Below are positions 1-14,368 of a stretch of 64,000 nt of DNA, one piece after another. The notes under the pieces are model-generated. The model was not told the DNA's origin. It saw nothing but the letters and a program-made list of their open reading frames with translations, and made no database searches. The DNA is from Flaccisagitta enflata (Eukaryota): the NCBI GenBank assembly GCA_965153355.1, contig OZ231126.1:10726001-10790000 (forward strand), written 5' to 3'. A program made the translations under genes and the position numbers. Each line of letters begins with the position of its first letter. The stretch's first letter is position 1.

Positions 1-122
1 TGAACAAAAGAATATCATAAATAGAAAACAACTTATATTGATTCATTAGAACAAGTCTTTCTAAAACAACAAAACACATCACAGTTACAACTGAAACACA
101 TTGATGATTTAGTCAGCTTTTT

Positions 123-206
123 AACAAGGCCAAGTAGGCCAATGCGTTACCAACCAACAGACCAACGGACACAGCCAGTTATAGAGGTGCGTTGGCGCAC
201 CTAAAA
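123..206. mobile_element. Short DINE-1/Helentron-associated-like element (AGGTGCG..CGCACCT subfamily)
   Basis: AACAAGGCC start, CCAA/GACC micro-repeat and terminal hairpin AGGTGCGTTGGCGCACCT-AAAAA. Related copies lie at ~26935-27060, 56836-56953 and 60814-61043. Confidence 0.55.
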
Positions 207-509
207 AGCGGCATCCTTTCTTAATATTAACAAAAGAACAAAGAGTTCACTAAATGTAATCGTTAACAGCAAAACAGCAGCAACAGTATAGCAGTATGTA
301 TGAAGCAGAATCAGCAGCAGCAGCAGCAACACGTATGTAACACTCTGCTTGATATGCTGCTTCAATCTTTGTCTTATAAGAACAACAAAGCTGCAGCAGC
401 TTAATGACAAAAGAACAGGTTGCTCAGCTTAGCCTTACCTTGATACACTCTTTCTAGTGACAGCATTACAGCAGCAGCAACAACAGATTGAAACATGAAA
501 AAATGTCGC

Positions 510-582
510 TGCTTCAGATGAGATTCGAACTCACAATCTTTGTCTTATAAGAACAACGCGTTGCCAATTACGCCACTGAAGC
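510..582 (-). tRNA. tRNA-Ile (anticodon TAT), intron-less; gene or tRNA-derived copy
   Basis: Minus strand GCTTCAG TG GCGT AATTGGCA ACGC G TTGTT CT-TAT-AA GACAA AGATT GTGAG TTCGAAT CTCAT CTGAAGC A folds as a full cloverleaf (7-bp acceptor stem, D, anticodon and T arms). A and B boxes are present, and a T6 Pol III terminator follows at 498-503. Confidence 0.75.
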
Positions 583-804
583 TGACTAGTTGAAAATATC
601 AATCATTATCAATCCGACGAAATCTTCTTAGAAGTAAAAAGATTTTCCCGTTATCAAGAAGAGACCTCGACAATCTTTTCCATTTTCCGGCTTGACTGAA
701 AAGAAAAGGGGAAGAATAGGAAAAAAGAAAAAGAAAAAGAATTGGTTCATGTGGACGGGGAAGGATAGAAAAGAGCAAAGGAACGGCTCGTGTTCTATTT
801 ACAT

Positions 805-873
<69 letters not shown>

Positions 874-1878
874 CAACATATTATTCTAGAAAGTGAAAAC
901 ATTTATCACGCTCTTTCGGCTCTGTTTATCTATCTCTATCTACGAGGCCAAATGATACGCGAAATGTTGACAGACCGCGAGAGTGAGGCGGAATGACCCG
1001 CGAAATGTTCACAAACCGCGAGAAGGCATTGGTAGTCCTATTAGTAAATTCTTATCTACTGATGCAGATCCTGGATACTAAATACTTTATTCCCTTTTAT
1101 TCGATAAGTTCTTTTTATTTCATATAATGGTGGGACAAAAGACTTATAGGTGACAAGGACAGGTTAATTAGGTCTGTTTTATGCTTCACCAAGATCAAAG
1201 AGAGTAAAAGGAATGACCTTTTACGGGTTTCAACTAATTCATTAAAGATGGAAATGCAGATACTGGATACTGGATACTGGATACTGGATACTGGATACTT
1301 TATTCTTTCTTATGAGATAAAACTTTTTTTATATCATTTAATGGTGTGATAAAAGACTCTTAGGTGACAGGGACATGTTAATCAGGCCTGTTTTGTACTT
1401 CAGTAAGATCAAATAGAGTGAAAGGAATGACCTTTTACTGGTTTCAACAAATTTATCAAAGATGGTAATGCAGATACTGGATACTGGATACTGGATACTG
1501 GACACTTAATCCTTTCTTTTTAGATAAAACTGTTTTATATCATATAATGGTGTGATAAAAGACTTGTAGGTGACATGGACATGTTAATCAGGCCTGTTTT
1601 GTGCTTCAGTAAGATAACTTAGAGTAAAAGGACTGAGCTTTTACCGGTTTCAACTAATTCAATAAAGACGGTGATGCAGATACTGGATACTGGATACTGG
1701 ATACTGGATACTGGATACTGGATAATCTATTCTTTCTATATAGATAAGACTTTTTTTTCATAAAGTAGTGTGACAAAAGACATTTAGGTGACATAGACAT
1801 GTTAATTAGGCCTGTTTTGTGCTTCAGCAAGATTAAAGAGAGTGAAAGGTTAAAGATGACGATGCAGATCCTGGATAC

Positions 1879-2657
<779 letters not shown>

Positions 2658-2734
2658 TCCAGTGGATACTAAATCCTTTATTCCCTCTTATTTGATCAGT
2701 TCTTTTTATTTCATATAATGGTGGGACCAAGGAT

Positions 2735-2880
2735 TTTTAGTCGCAGACACGCGACTCTACACCTTGCCGTGTTGGTCCGTCCGTCCGTCCGTCCGTAACA
2801 TTTCTGAATCGCAAGCAGTTTCTGCATTTCTGCTCCTGCCCAACCGTCCGCGACTGTCCTGCCGTGTATCCGGCCTTGTT
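2735..2880. mobile_element. DINE-1/Helentron-associated-like element (AGTCGCG..CGCGACT family)
   Basis: TTTTAGTCGC-hairpin start, (GTCC)n, 3' CGCGACT plus GCCGTGTATCCGGC hairpin and CTTGTT end, an architecture like Drosophila DINE-1. Further copies at ~3121-3680, 4003-4256, 27506-27888, 36493-36756, 38223-38524, 42086-42578, 49854-50058, 53756-53907 and 54832-54979. Confidence 0.65.
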
Positions 2881-3120
2881 AGGTGACAAGGACAGGTTAA
2901 TTAGGTCTGTTTTATGCTTCACTAAGATCAAAGAGAGTAAGAGAATGACCTTTTACTGGTTTCAACAAATTCATTAAAGATGGAAATGCAGATACTGGAT
3001 ACTGGATACTGGATCACAGATAGAGTTGGGAGAACTTCTGTCGTGACTGTCGATCACTCGACATCATGGACTTCATGGTCAAAAACTGTCACAACCTACA
3101 GACAAAGTAAAAGGAAAAAA

Positions 3121-3680
3121 AACAAGGCCAACACCTATAAGTCGCGTGCGAGACAATATGTAATTAGTTTATTACATAACCACATAACTAAAATGACTTT
3201 TATTGAATTTAATTTATATAACATGATTTGAAATAATTTAAAACAACCTAAAATGACTTAAAATGCCCTTTTTGACTTGAATTGACCTAAAATGTCTTAA
3301 ATGATTTAGTGACTAAAATAACTTAAATTGATTTAAATTGATATAAAATGACTTTAAATGACTTAAATTGACATAAAATGACTTAAAATGACTTAAATTG
3401 ACCTTGATTTACTGAAATTTTATTCAACTGACCTAAATTGACTTAAACAGACTTAAAATCACTAAGATGATGAAAACTATTAAAACAACTCAAATGACTT
3501 AAATTGACTTAAACTGACTTAAAATGACTTAAAATGATCTAATTTGACTTTAAATGACCTATTTGTCTTAAAATAAGCTAGTAGGAATAAAACGAATAAA
3601 AAAAGTAAAGTGTGACTGACCGACCGACCGACCGACTGACGGACAAAGCGGGGTGTAGAGTCGCGTAGCACGCGACAAAA
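3121..3680. mobile_element. DINE/Helentron-like element with an internal AAATGACTT-type minisatellite
   Basis: AACAAGGCCAACACCTATAAGTCGCG start, ~350 bp of 9-10-bp AAATGACTT units, (GACC)n and GTCGCGTAGCACGCGAC end. An inverted sister copy lies at 27506-27888. Confidence 0.65.
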
Positions 3681-3684
3681 AACG

Positions 3685-3716
<32 letters not shown>

Positions 3717-3893
3717 GGACAGGCAGACTGATAGACACACAGAGACAGACAGACAGACAGACAAACAGATAGACAGACAGACAGACACACAGACACACAG
3801 AGACAGAACTATTTGTTTATATATAAAAAAAAAACTGGTTTGGCAAATGAGGACAAAATTTCCCCTGAAATTTCAATGGATGATCGTTTAAGT

Positions 3894-3972
<79 letters not shown>

Positions 3973-4333
3973 TTCGATCATCCATACCATCAAGAGATGG
4001 AAGAACAAGGCCGGATATACGGCCAATAAGCAGTCGATGGCAGGTAGGCAGGGGCAGTACACTGAAGGGCAGGGGCAGTCAGTCAGTGGGCAGGGGCTGT
4101 ATTTTGGGTGGGCAGGGGCTATTATGCTAAAAAATCACAAATATGGTCAATTTCGCGGCATCCGAAATTTCGCGTTACGGACACTCACACAGACAGACAG
4201 ACAGACAGACCAAGGGACCCACCCTCTTATAGGGTCGCCTAGCCAGCGACTAAAAATGAAATGTTAGAGTAATAACACAAATTATGACGACTTGTCTTAT
4301 AACCAAAAGAAGAAATAAAGGAAATCCTTCCAT

Positions 4334-4536
4334 GAGTAGTCTGAGGGCGCTGAGGGTCTATCCGCAGTTTTTTCCATGAAGATGATGATGGCACAGGCGC
4401 TGGCGCTGGAGATGGCGACAATGAAGGCAATAACAATGAAGTTTTTATTGTTTTTTGGTTTTTTTTTTAACTTTTTTTGTTTTTTTCCCTGTTTTCTTTC
4501 TCTCTTTTTCATTTTCTTTTTTTCCGTCGTCGTCGT

Positions 4537-4572
<36 letters not shown>

Positions 4573-4628
4573 TGTTGTTGTCATCGTCGTCGTCGTCGTC
4601 GTCGTCGTCGTCTTTGCCGCCGCCGCCT

Positions 4629-4677
<49 letters not shown>

Positions 4678-5376
4678 TGTCTTCGCCGCCGCCGCCGCCG
4701 CCGTCGTCGTCGTCGTTAAATTTGAGAGCAATGTCGGCCATGATGACAACATTGAGGATGATGATAGTAATGGCGACGGCGACGGCGACGGCGTAGACGA
4801 CGGGAAGTGTAAACAATTCATTGTTATTGCCATCGCCATCGCTTCTCTTTTTCCTGCTCTACATTGCCAGCGCCAGCGCTTGCGCCATCGACATCGCCAC
4901 CATGTCACCTCCTGCTCTTCATCGCCAGCGCCAGCGCCGTCGTCTCTTTTTGTCTTCTTCCTCACCCTTTTTCTCTCTTCTCAATTCCTAAAATAACTGT
5001 TTTTCATTTCTTTTCCTATTCCAGCTCCAGGTCAACAGGAGTACCAGCGCCATCGCCGTCGCCATCGCCAAGTCATCCTCAAGTCAACATCTAACTTTTT
5101 TTCATTTTATAATTTGCTCTTCTTTTTTTTCTCCAGCGCTAGTGCCAGAGCCAGCGCCAGCGCCACCTCCTCTTCCTGACACCCTTGTATCTTGATGAAT
5201 AATGCGGGTAAATCAGCAGCTAGACCTAGAATAAACCTGCGGATAAACCTGTGGGTAAACCTGCGGATAAACCTGCGGATAACACTATGGGGCACTTAAA
5301 ACTGCGGAAAAAACTGCGGATAAAGGCTCTGTCCATGTAAAAACCCTGTCCTCAGCCCTCAGACAGCGACTGTCTC
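4334..5376. mobile_element. Putative non-autonomous TIR element containing a (CGT)n tract
   Basis: Inverted blocks GTCTGAGGG..CTGAGG and TATCCGCAGTTTTTTCC at both ends, ATAAACCTGCGG 12-mers at 5231-5281, and imperfect flanking direct repeats AGGAAATC.TTC..TG. Confidence 0.45.
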
Positions 5377-5695
5377 AGGAAATCATTCATTGCAAAGAAA
5401 ATAACAAATCTACTCCCGACTTTCCAAATGAGCTTCTAAAAAGTCAAGTCAAGTCAAGTCTCAATCCTAGATTACCTTTGATTCTTTTTCTTGCTCACTG
5501 ACTCTCCTCTTGTTCGTTTTTTTTTCTATCCTTGTCTAAAACAAGCCTTAGATTTTTTTTCCACACGCAAAAGCAAGTCTTTAAGAGGTTGTGTCCCTCT
5601 TGAACAGAATATTTCAACCATCTATAACACAAAGCACATAACCTCATGTTGCCATGTTGTTGTGGTTGTTGTGGTTGTTGTGGTAGTTTTTGTCG

Positions 5696-5750
<55 letters not shown>

Positions 5751-5849
5751 GGTTTTTGTGGTTGTTGTGATTGTTGTTGTTGTTGTTGCTGATGTCGTTA
5801 CTGTTGTCTGTGTTGCTGTGGTTGTTGCTGTTGCTGTCATGGTAGTCAC

Positions 5850-6621
<772 letters not shown>

Positions 6622-7019
6622 GTAGTCACCTGACCTGATTTTGCTAAATCATAGCTTTAACATAGCGCTCTGTTAACTACTTTTGGGTGTAGGGATGGTG
6701 ACCCCATCCATATGATCCTTTTGTCACTTGCAATGATTTCCTGTTCCTCTTCTTCTTCTGTCTGTCGGTTGGTTGGCTGGTTGGTCAGTCGAAAACGCTT
6801 TCATTCTACAATATGATCAGCGCCTAGGATAGCCTACTTGGCTTTGAAAACAAGGCCGGATACACGGTCAAAGGAAAAAGGTTACAAACATAACATTTAT
6901 CCATTCATTCATTCATTCATTCATTCATTCATTCATTCATTCATTCATTCATTCTTTTATTCATTCCCTCCCTCACTCACTCACTCACTTACTCACTCAC
7001 TCATTCATTTAAACACCCT

Positions 7020-7475
7020 TTTTGGGCTGCGGCCCCAAAGAGGTCGATTACCTATGCTTTCACACATATGGAAAATTTTCTCCTTCTCCTTCTCCTTCTC
7101 CTTCTTCTTTTCCGTCCCCCCCCCTCAAATCCCAGTCACGAAGCCCAAATCCTCGCCTTGAGGCCCAAATCTTTGTCTCGAAGCCCAAGTACCAGCCTCG
7201 AGGCCCAAATCTAAGCCTCAAGGCCCAAATCCAAGCCTCAAGGCCCAGATCCCAGCCTTGAGGCCCAAATCTCAGCCTTGAGGTCCATACCTCAGCCAAG
7301 AGTCCCAGGTCCCAACCTCAAAAGGAAAAGAAGGAGGAGGAGCAAATTTCCAATATATGTGAAACTTTCACAGCGGCGTATTTGAAGGGGCTTCCGCAGC
7401 TGCCGCGGCAGCTGTTTTATGTCGGACAGGATCGATGTCGGACAGACAGACAAAAGAAAGAAGAAGAAAAAGAAG

Positions 7476-7532
<57 letters not shown>

Positions 7533-7544
7533 AGAGAAAGAGAA

Positions 7545-7575
<31 letters not shown>

Positions 7576-8148
7576 TAGACAGAGCGGTACTCAGGAATCA
7601 AAACTTGGTCATGTCATGTGATTATTCATGATATGCCATAGAGCTATGCCATCAGAGCTCTGATGGAATCCCTCTGTATCATTTTACCATTGTTTTTTTT
7701 TCTTTATTTTGATTTCCGCTAAAATATTTCTGCTAAAATATCCAACGGAAAACGATTTCAGCTTACCCTCATAAGATATATATGAACTTACCCCCATAAG
7801 ATATATATGAACTTATTTACACAATGCAATCTGCAGTACCAAGTTATGTATGGTCATATTTAGTTATATCTAGTAATATATAGTAGTAGATATTCATGTA
7901 TAGTTTTGAATAGAAATATATAATCATATATAGTAATAATTTCTAGTAATATAGGTCGGACAGGAGCTTTGTTGGACATAGATTGGAGGCGGCAGCTGCT
8001 AAAATCTTGGCTCAGATACGCCGCTGTGTGAAATCATAGGTTATCGACCACTTTGGGGCCACTGCCCTGCTTCCCCTTCATTTTCAAGCACAACCTACCT
8101 AGGCAGGGCACGGGTACCGCTGACCATCTGACGCTTTTGCGACTGTTT
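7020..8148. mobile_element. Interspersed element of the GGCCCCAAAG / GGCCCAAAT-satellite family (DINE/SINE-like), interrupted by a CACAGCG element
   Basis: TTTGGGC.GCGGCCCCAAAG start, ~20-bp GGCCCAAATC..AGCCTC repeats and CTTTGGGGCC..GGGTACCGCTGACCAT end. Related copies at ~31855-32365, 49150-49690, 51666-52185 and 55860-56395. Confidence 0.6.
7369..8028. mobile_element. Transib/RAG-like non-autonomous element, copy 1
   Basis: TIR CACAGCGGCGTAT(T/C)TGA at both ends plus a second inverted block GCAGCTGCCGC. TGAAA occurs on both flanks, with 4 extra nt on the left. Confidence 0.7.
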
Positions 8149-8314
8149 AACACGCGAGGCATACATCTGTGATTCAGACCGAGACTGAGAGGAAATCAAT
8201 TTTTAAAGAGCACGTCATACAGATTACAGTCTATACCTCAGCCAAGAGTCCCAGATCCCAACCTCAAAAGGAAAAGAAGGAGGAGGAGCAAATTTCCAAT
8301 ATATGTGAAACTTT

Positions 8315-8440
8315 CACAGCGGCGTATTTGAAGGGGCTTCCGCAGCTGCCGCGGCAGCTGTTTTATGTCGGACAGGATCGATGTCGGACAGACAGACAAA
8401 AGAAAGAAGAAGAAAAAGAAGAAAGAGGAGGAGGAGGAGG

Positions 8441-8497
<57 letters not shown>

Positions 8498-9436
8498 TAG
8501 ACAGAGCGGTACTCAGGAATCAAAACTTGGTCATGTCATGTGATTATTCATGATATGCCATAGAGCTATGCCATCAGAGCTCTGATGGAATCCCTCTGTA
8601 TCATTTTACCAATGTTTTTTTTTCTTTATTTTGATTTCCGCTAAAATATTTCTGCTAAAATATCCAACGGAAAACGATTTCAGCTTACCCTCATAAGATA
8701 TATATGAACTTACCCCCATAAGATATATATGAACTTATTTACACAATGCAATCTGCAGTACCAAGTTATGTATGGTCATATTTAGTTATATCTAGTAATA
8801 TATAGTAGTAGATATTCATGTATAGTTTTGAATAGAACACAGCGCAATCTGTAGTACAAAAAAGTGTCATTAATGCCCCGGGAAAAGCCCCAATGTTCCC
8901 GGTAAAAAAAAGTTAGAGTTTGAATATGCCCGGTTTTATGCCCCGTTAAAAGTTAGTGAAAAAAATGATTCAGGGACTAAACGGGGACTTAACAGGGCAT
9001 ATGCCCCATTTAATTTAATTTTGTTCAATCAAAAATGTTTCTTCAAAAATCAGTAAACCTTTTTTTCAGTGGCTTTCTTCAGGTCGATTTCTATAGTGAA
9101 AATCGTGAGGGACTAAATGGGGACTTAACGGGGCATATGCCCCATTTAGTTTAGAAATGAAGAAAATAAGTTAGTCTAATTGGGGGATTCCCCGGGGAAT
9201 TCCCCAGGATCAAACTCTGATATTTTTAGACTATGCCCGGTTCACTTATGAATAATTGTAACGGGGGAATTCCCAGGGAATTCCCCGGGGCATTAATGTC
9301 ACTACAGATTGCGCTGTGTAGAAATATATAATCATATATAGTAATAATTTCTAGTAATATAGGTCGGACAGGAGCTTTGTTGGACATAGATTGGAGGCGG
9401 CAGCTGCTAAAATCTTGGCTCAGATACGCCGCTGTG
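8315..9436. mobile_element. Transib/RAG-like non-autonomous element, copy 2 (with nested element)
   Basis: Duplicate of 7369-8028 with the same TIRs. Confidence 0.7.
8838..9318. mobile_element. Transib/RAG-like MITE with 5-bp TSD
   Basis: Perfect 18-bp TIR CACAGCGCAATCTGTAGT. TSD TAGAA at 8833-8837 and 9319-9323; the paralogous empty site at ~7911 has a single TAGAA. Confidence 0.9.
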
Positions 9437-9779
9437 TGAAATCATAGGTCATCGACCACTTTGGGGCCACTGCCCTGCTTCCCCTTCAACTTCAAGCACA
9501 ACCTACCTAGGCAGGGCACGGGTACCGCTGACCATCTGACGCTTTTGCGACTATTTAACACGCGAGGCATACATCTGTGATTCAGACTGAGACTGAGAGG
9601 AAATCAATTTTTAAAGAGCACGTCATACAGATTACAGTCTGCTGCATAACGGATGTAGTATGACGGCAGCAACATTTGGGAGAGACGATGGAAAGCTATT
9701 TGAGGGAAACAAAACTTGAGATAACCAATTGGTTTTTAGCTAGTGTCGATGATTCACAGACCACATCGTCAAGGATAAG

Positions 9780-11520
<1,741 letters not shown>

Positions 11521-11621
11521 GCTGTGACAAAAAAACAACTAATGACGGCCAGGCTTTCGCGACAACCACCCAACAGAAACAATAGCACAGGCAACATCAG
11601 CGACATCAGCAACAACAGTAG

Positions 11622-12115
11622 TGTTAGGGACAGAATCTTGCATGCCCCCACACTTCCAAGCGCAAGCCCATCCTCACCATGGCGAAGCGGTCTGAGGTCT
11701 AGGAGGGTTACTTGAGGCGCTTGGGCATGCCTGCCATGTCTTGACAAAAGGAAGAGTCCATTGGATATTGATAGGATTGTATTGCATCTAGGAGAGGGAA
11801 CAGGCTCGAAGTAGTTACGGTGCTGATGGCTGATAAACGGTGTTGATTATTGAAGACTACGCGGACAGCTATACTACCCTATACAGGAGCCCCAGTGATA
11901 CCTCATACAATGTAAGGAAAAGGAGAAAATATGGTTAACGATGCATCGGTGCATAAGAATGACAATAAGGTTAATGATCACTGGGTCTGATATTATGACA
12001 CAGAAAGAGCTAACAATGAATGAAGCTATGACTACTTCACGGTAATATTCATCAGATTCCTCCATGGCATTGATAGAGTCCAGCCATGCTACTTTACAGT
12101 TTTTCATCCCTTACA
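11622..12115 (-). repeat. 3' LTR
   Basis: TGTTAGGGA...TCCCTTACA; about 5 substitutions versus the other LTR, counted by eye. Confidence 0.95.
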
Positions 12116-12127
12116 TACTTCCCCTCG
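12116..12127 (-). promoter_or_regulatory. Polypurine tract
   Basis: Minus strand CGAGGGGAAGTA immediately precedes the 3' LTR. Confidence 0.65.
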
Positions 12128-12327
12128 TCGACTACATACGTCCTCGGATGTAATATAACGACGAAACAAGACCCAAAATCGATCAGACCGGATCAGAAAC
12201 AAAACTGAAAATCGGATCAGATGAAAAACGGACAAGCCGAGAGGAGAAGCAACAAAACGATTTTTTTCCCTTGTCTCATAGCATCTATCAATGGCGAAAT
12301 AATATGCAAGAGTTCGATGAGTAGATA

Positions 12328-12503
12328 CAGTGGGACCTCGCAATAACAGCCCCGCCTTTAAAGGTTCCCCATCAATAAAGGTCAACATTTTAAGGTCCCA
12401 AATGATAGTATTCAATGTTATTTTACCTCTCTTTAAAGGTAACCCTGAGATAAAGGTGAAAAATCTTCAGTCCCAATGGGACCGATGAGGCGGGGTCCTA
12501 CTG
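12328..12503. mobile_element. 176-bp Tc1/pogo-like MITE
   Basis: TA|CAGTGGGACCTCGC ... GCGGGGTCCTACTG|TA. Confidence 0.85.
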
Positions 12504-13698
12504 TACGTAAAAACTGCAATCCACATGGTCCAAAGTGAAAGGAGAGGGAGTAGCGATCTTCGTCTTGACATTGGAATGGTAACAACGTCGGGCATGATAA
12601 CGCAAAGGAAATCTCCAAAATGTCGTGGTCAACGCAAATGGAATGACGGCCAACAGATACAGTCCGTTGTAGGTGGCAGAAGGACAAATTAGTGGTTCGT
12701 CTGTCTGCTACAGAAGAACAAACAAGTGGTTCGTCTGTCTGCTACAGAAGAACTAGACGTAAAGCCAGTAATGGAGAGCGTCTGCAACGCTTAAGGAGAG
12801 ATGAGAGAATGGCGAAAACGAAGGCGCCTTTGGGAGATTGGCGATAAAGTTGAGCTAAGGGTAGCCATTACGGTATCACCGAAGGCAGCTGTAACAACAT
12901 GGAGTGGAAGAAAACCCAGCGCATGTGGGATGGGCGAATGAAGAGAATATTAAGTTGTAGAACTGATGTAATGAGGGGCAGAGGCCGAGACGCAGCGGTA
13001 GACGGACTTAGAGGTGTGTAACGCCGGAGCGGTATCACAGACGGCAGCTGTGACACTCAATGAGAAAGGAGATTTAATGACGCCTTCAGCGCCTTTGGGA
13101 TTGGCGATAACGACGATCGTGTCGGCAGAGGCGTCTGCAACGCATTTACGGTGCATACGAGGAGTCGAGAACCGAGACAGAGGTGCAGAAGTTGCGATTT
13201 CGGCCGGCAGTCGTCGTCGTCGTCGTCCTTGTATTCTTCATCGCCGTCGTCGTCGTTTTCATCGTCGTTGTCCACTTTACGCCGTCGTCCTTATATTCTT
13301 ATCGTCGTCGTCGTCGGTTTCATCGTCATGAAGAGGATTGGCGGGAAGGGAGGTAGAACTTTAAGAATGTTAATGTTCGCAGTGTACTAGTAATGTCCAG
13401 AAGAGGGGCACGAGAGACGCACGAGAGGGTATAAGGGAATCGCGCGGAACCGGCATTGCGCCTGAATACGGGACTTCTTTTGACGGATTGGGCAATCGAT
13501 CGCGGGGCGTTTTTTCTCATTTTAGGGGAGGAATCGGGGGACTAGTTTTGTCAAGGGGAATCGCGGCAAATTTTGGCGGTTGTAGAAGGTCGTGGGGTTG
13601 GAGTTGTTATGAGCGAAGGGGTCACCGTTCAATGATCGATCGACGAGTCCATCAAGATCGTAATCAAAAAGCCACGGATTTCAATCGGGATAAGCGCG

Positions 13699-13778
<80 letters not shown>

Positions 13779-13779
13779 A

Positions 13780-14368
13780 CACGCTTTTCATTTTATAAGA
13801 ACATTGTTTTTTGAAGTGAGCCTCAGCGTTCTTATTTTTAGCCCTGTTTTGAGGCTCAAACGTTCTTAACATGTTCTTATTTTTGAATAAGATACAGTGG
13901 GACCCCGCCTCATCGGTCCCATTGGGACTGAAGATTTTTCACCTTTATCTCAGGATAACCTTTAAAGAGAGGTGAAATCACATTAAAAACTACTATTTGG
14001 GACCTCAAAATATTGACCTTAATTGATGGGGAACCTTTAAAAGCGAGGCTGTTATTGCGGGGCTCCACTGTAATTTCTTAAAAATTATATGTTATTATTA
14101 TTGTAATGAAATAATTCAAGCTATTGTTAAAAAAAGATTTTATTATATAAAAAAAATGTAAGATTGATATTTAATGAAAAAAATTCTTTTTTTTTAAATC
14201 ATTATCAAAATATCAATTATTTTGGGGTTTTCATCTAATTCTACTATTTGAAAAATAATATTTTATCTTAAATCTGAGGCTCAGCATGTTCTTAAGATGT
14301 TCTTATTTTTTGGCCAAATCTGAGGCTGATGTTCTTATAAACAGTGTTCTTACAAAAAGAAAAGCGTG
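13780..14368. mobile_element. MITE with ~30-bp TIRs, host of the nested 176-bp MITE
   Basis: CACGCTTTTCATTTTATAAGAACATTGTTT versus AAACAGTGTTCTTACAAAAAGAAAAGCGTG; GTTCTTA subterminal repeats; TA on the left flank. Confidence 0.75.
13895..14070. mobile_element. 176-bp Tc1/pogo-like MITE, second copy in inverted orientation
   Basis: TA|CAGTGGGACCCCGC ... GCGGGGCTCCACTG|TA; reverse complement of 12328-12503 with scattered differences. Confidence 0.85.

Larger units (their letters stand above)
7287..9640. repeat. Recent tandem duplication (~950-bp unit: 7287-8232 and 8233-9640)
   Basis: The copies are near-identical, and the second carries an extra 481-bp insertion (8838-9318). Confidence 0.9.

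Noticed and set aside
11874-12107. Duplicated 77-aa ORF (also 17395-17628)
   Set aside because: It lies within the LTRs, so its duplication only reflects LTR identity.
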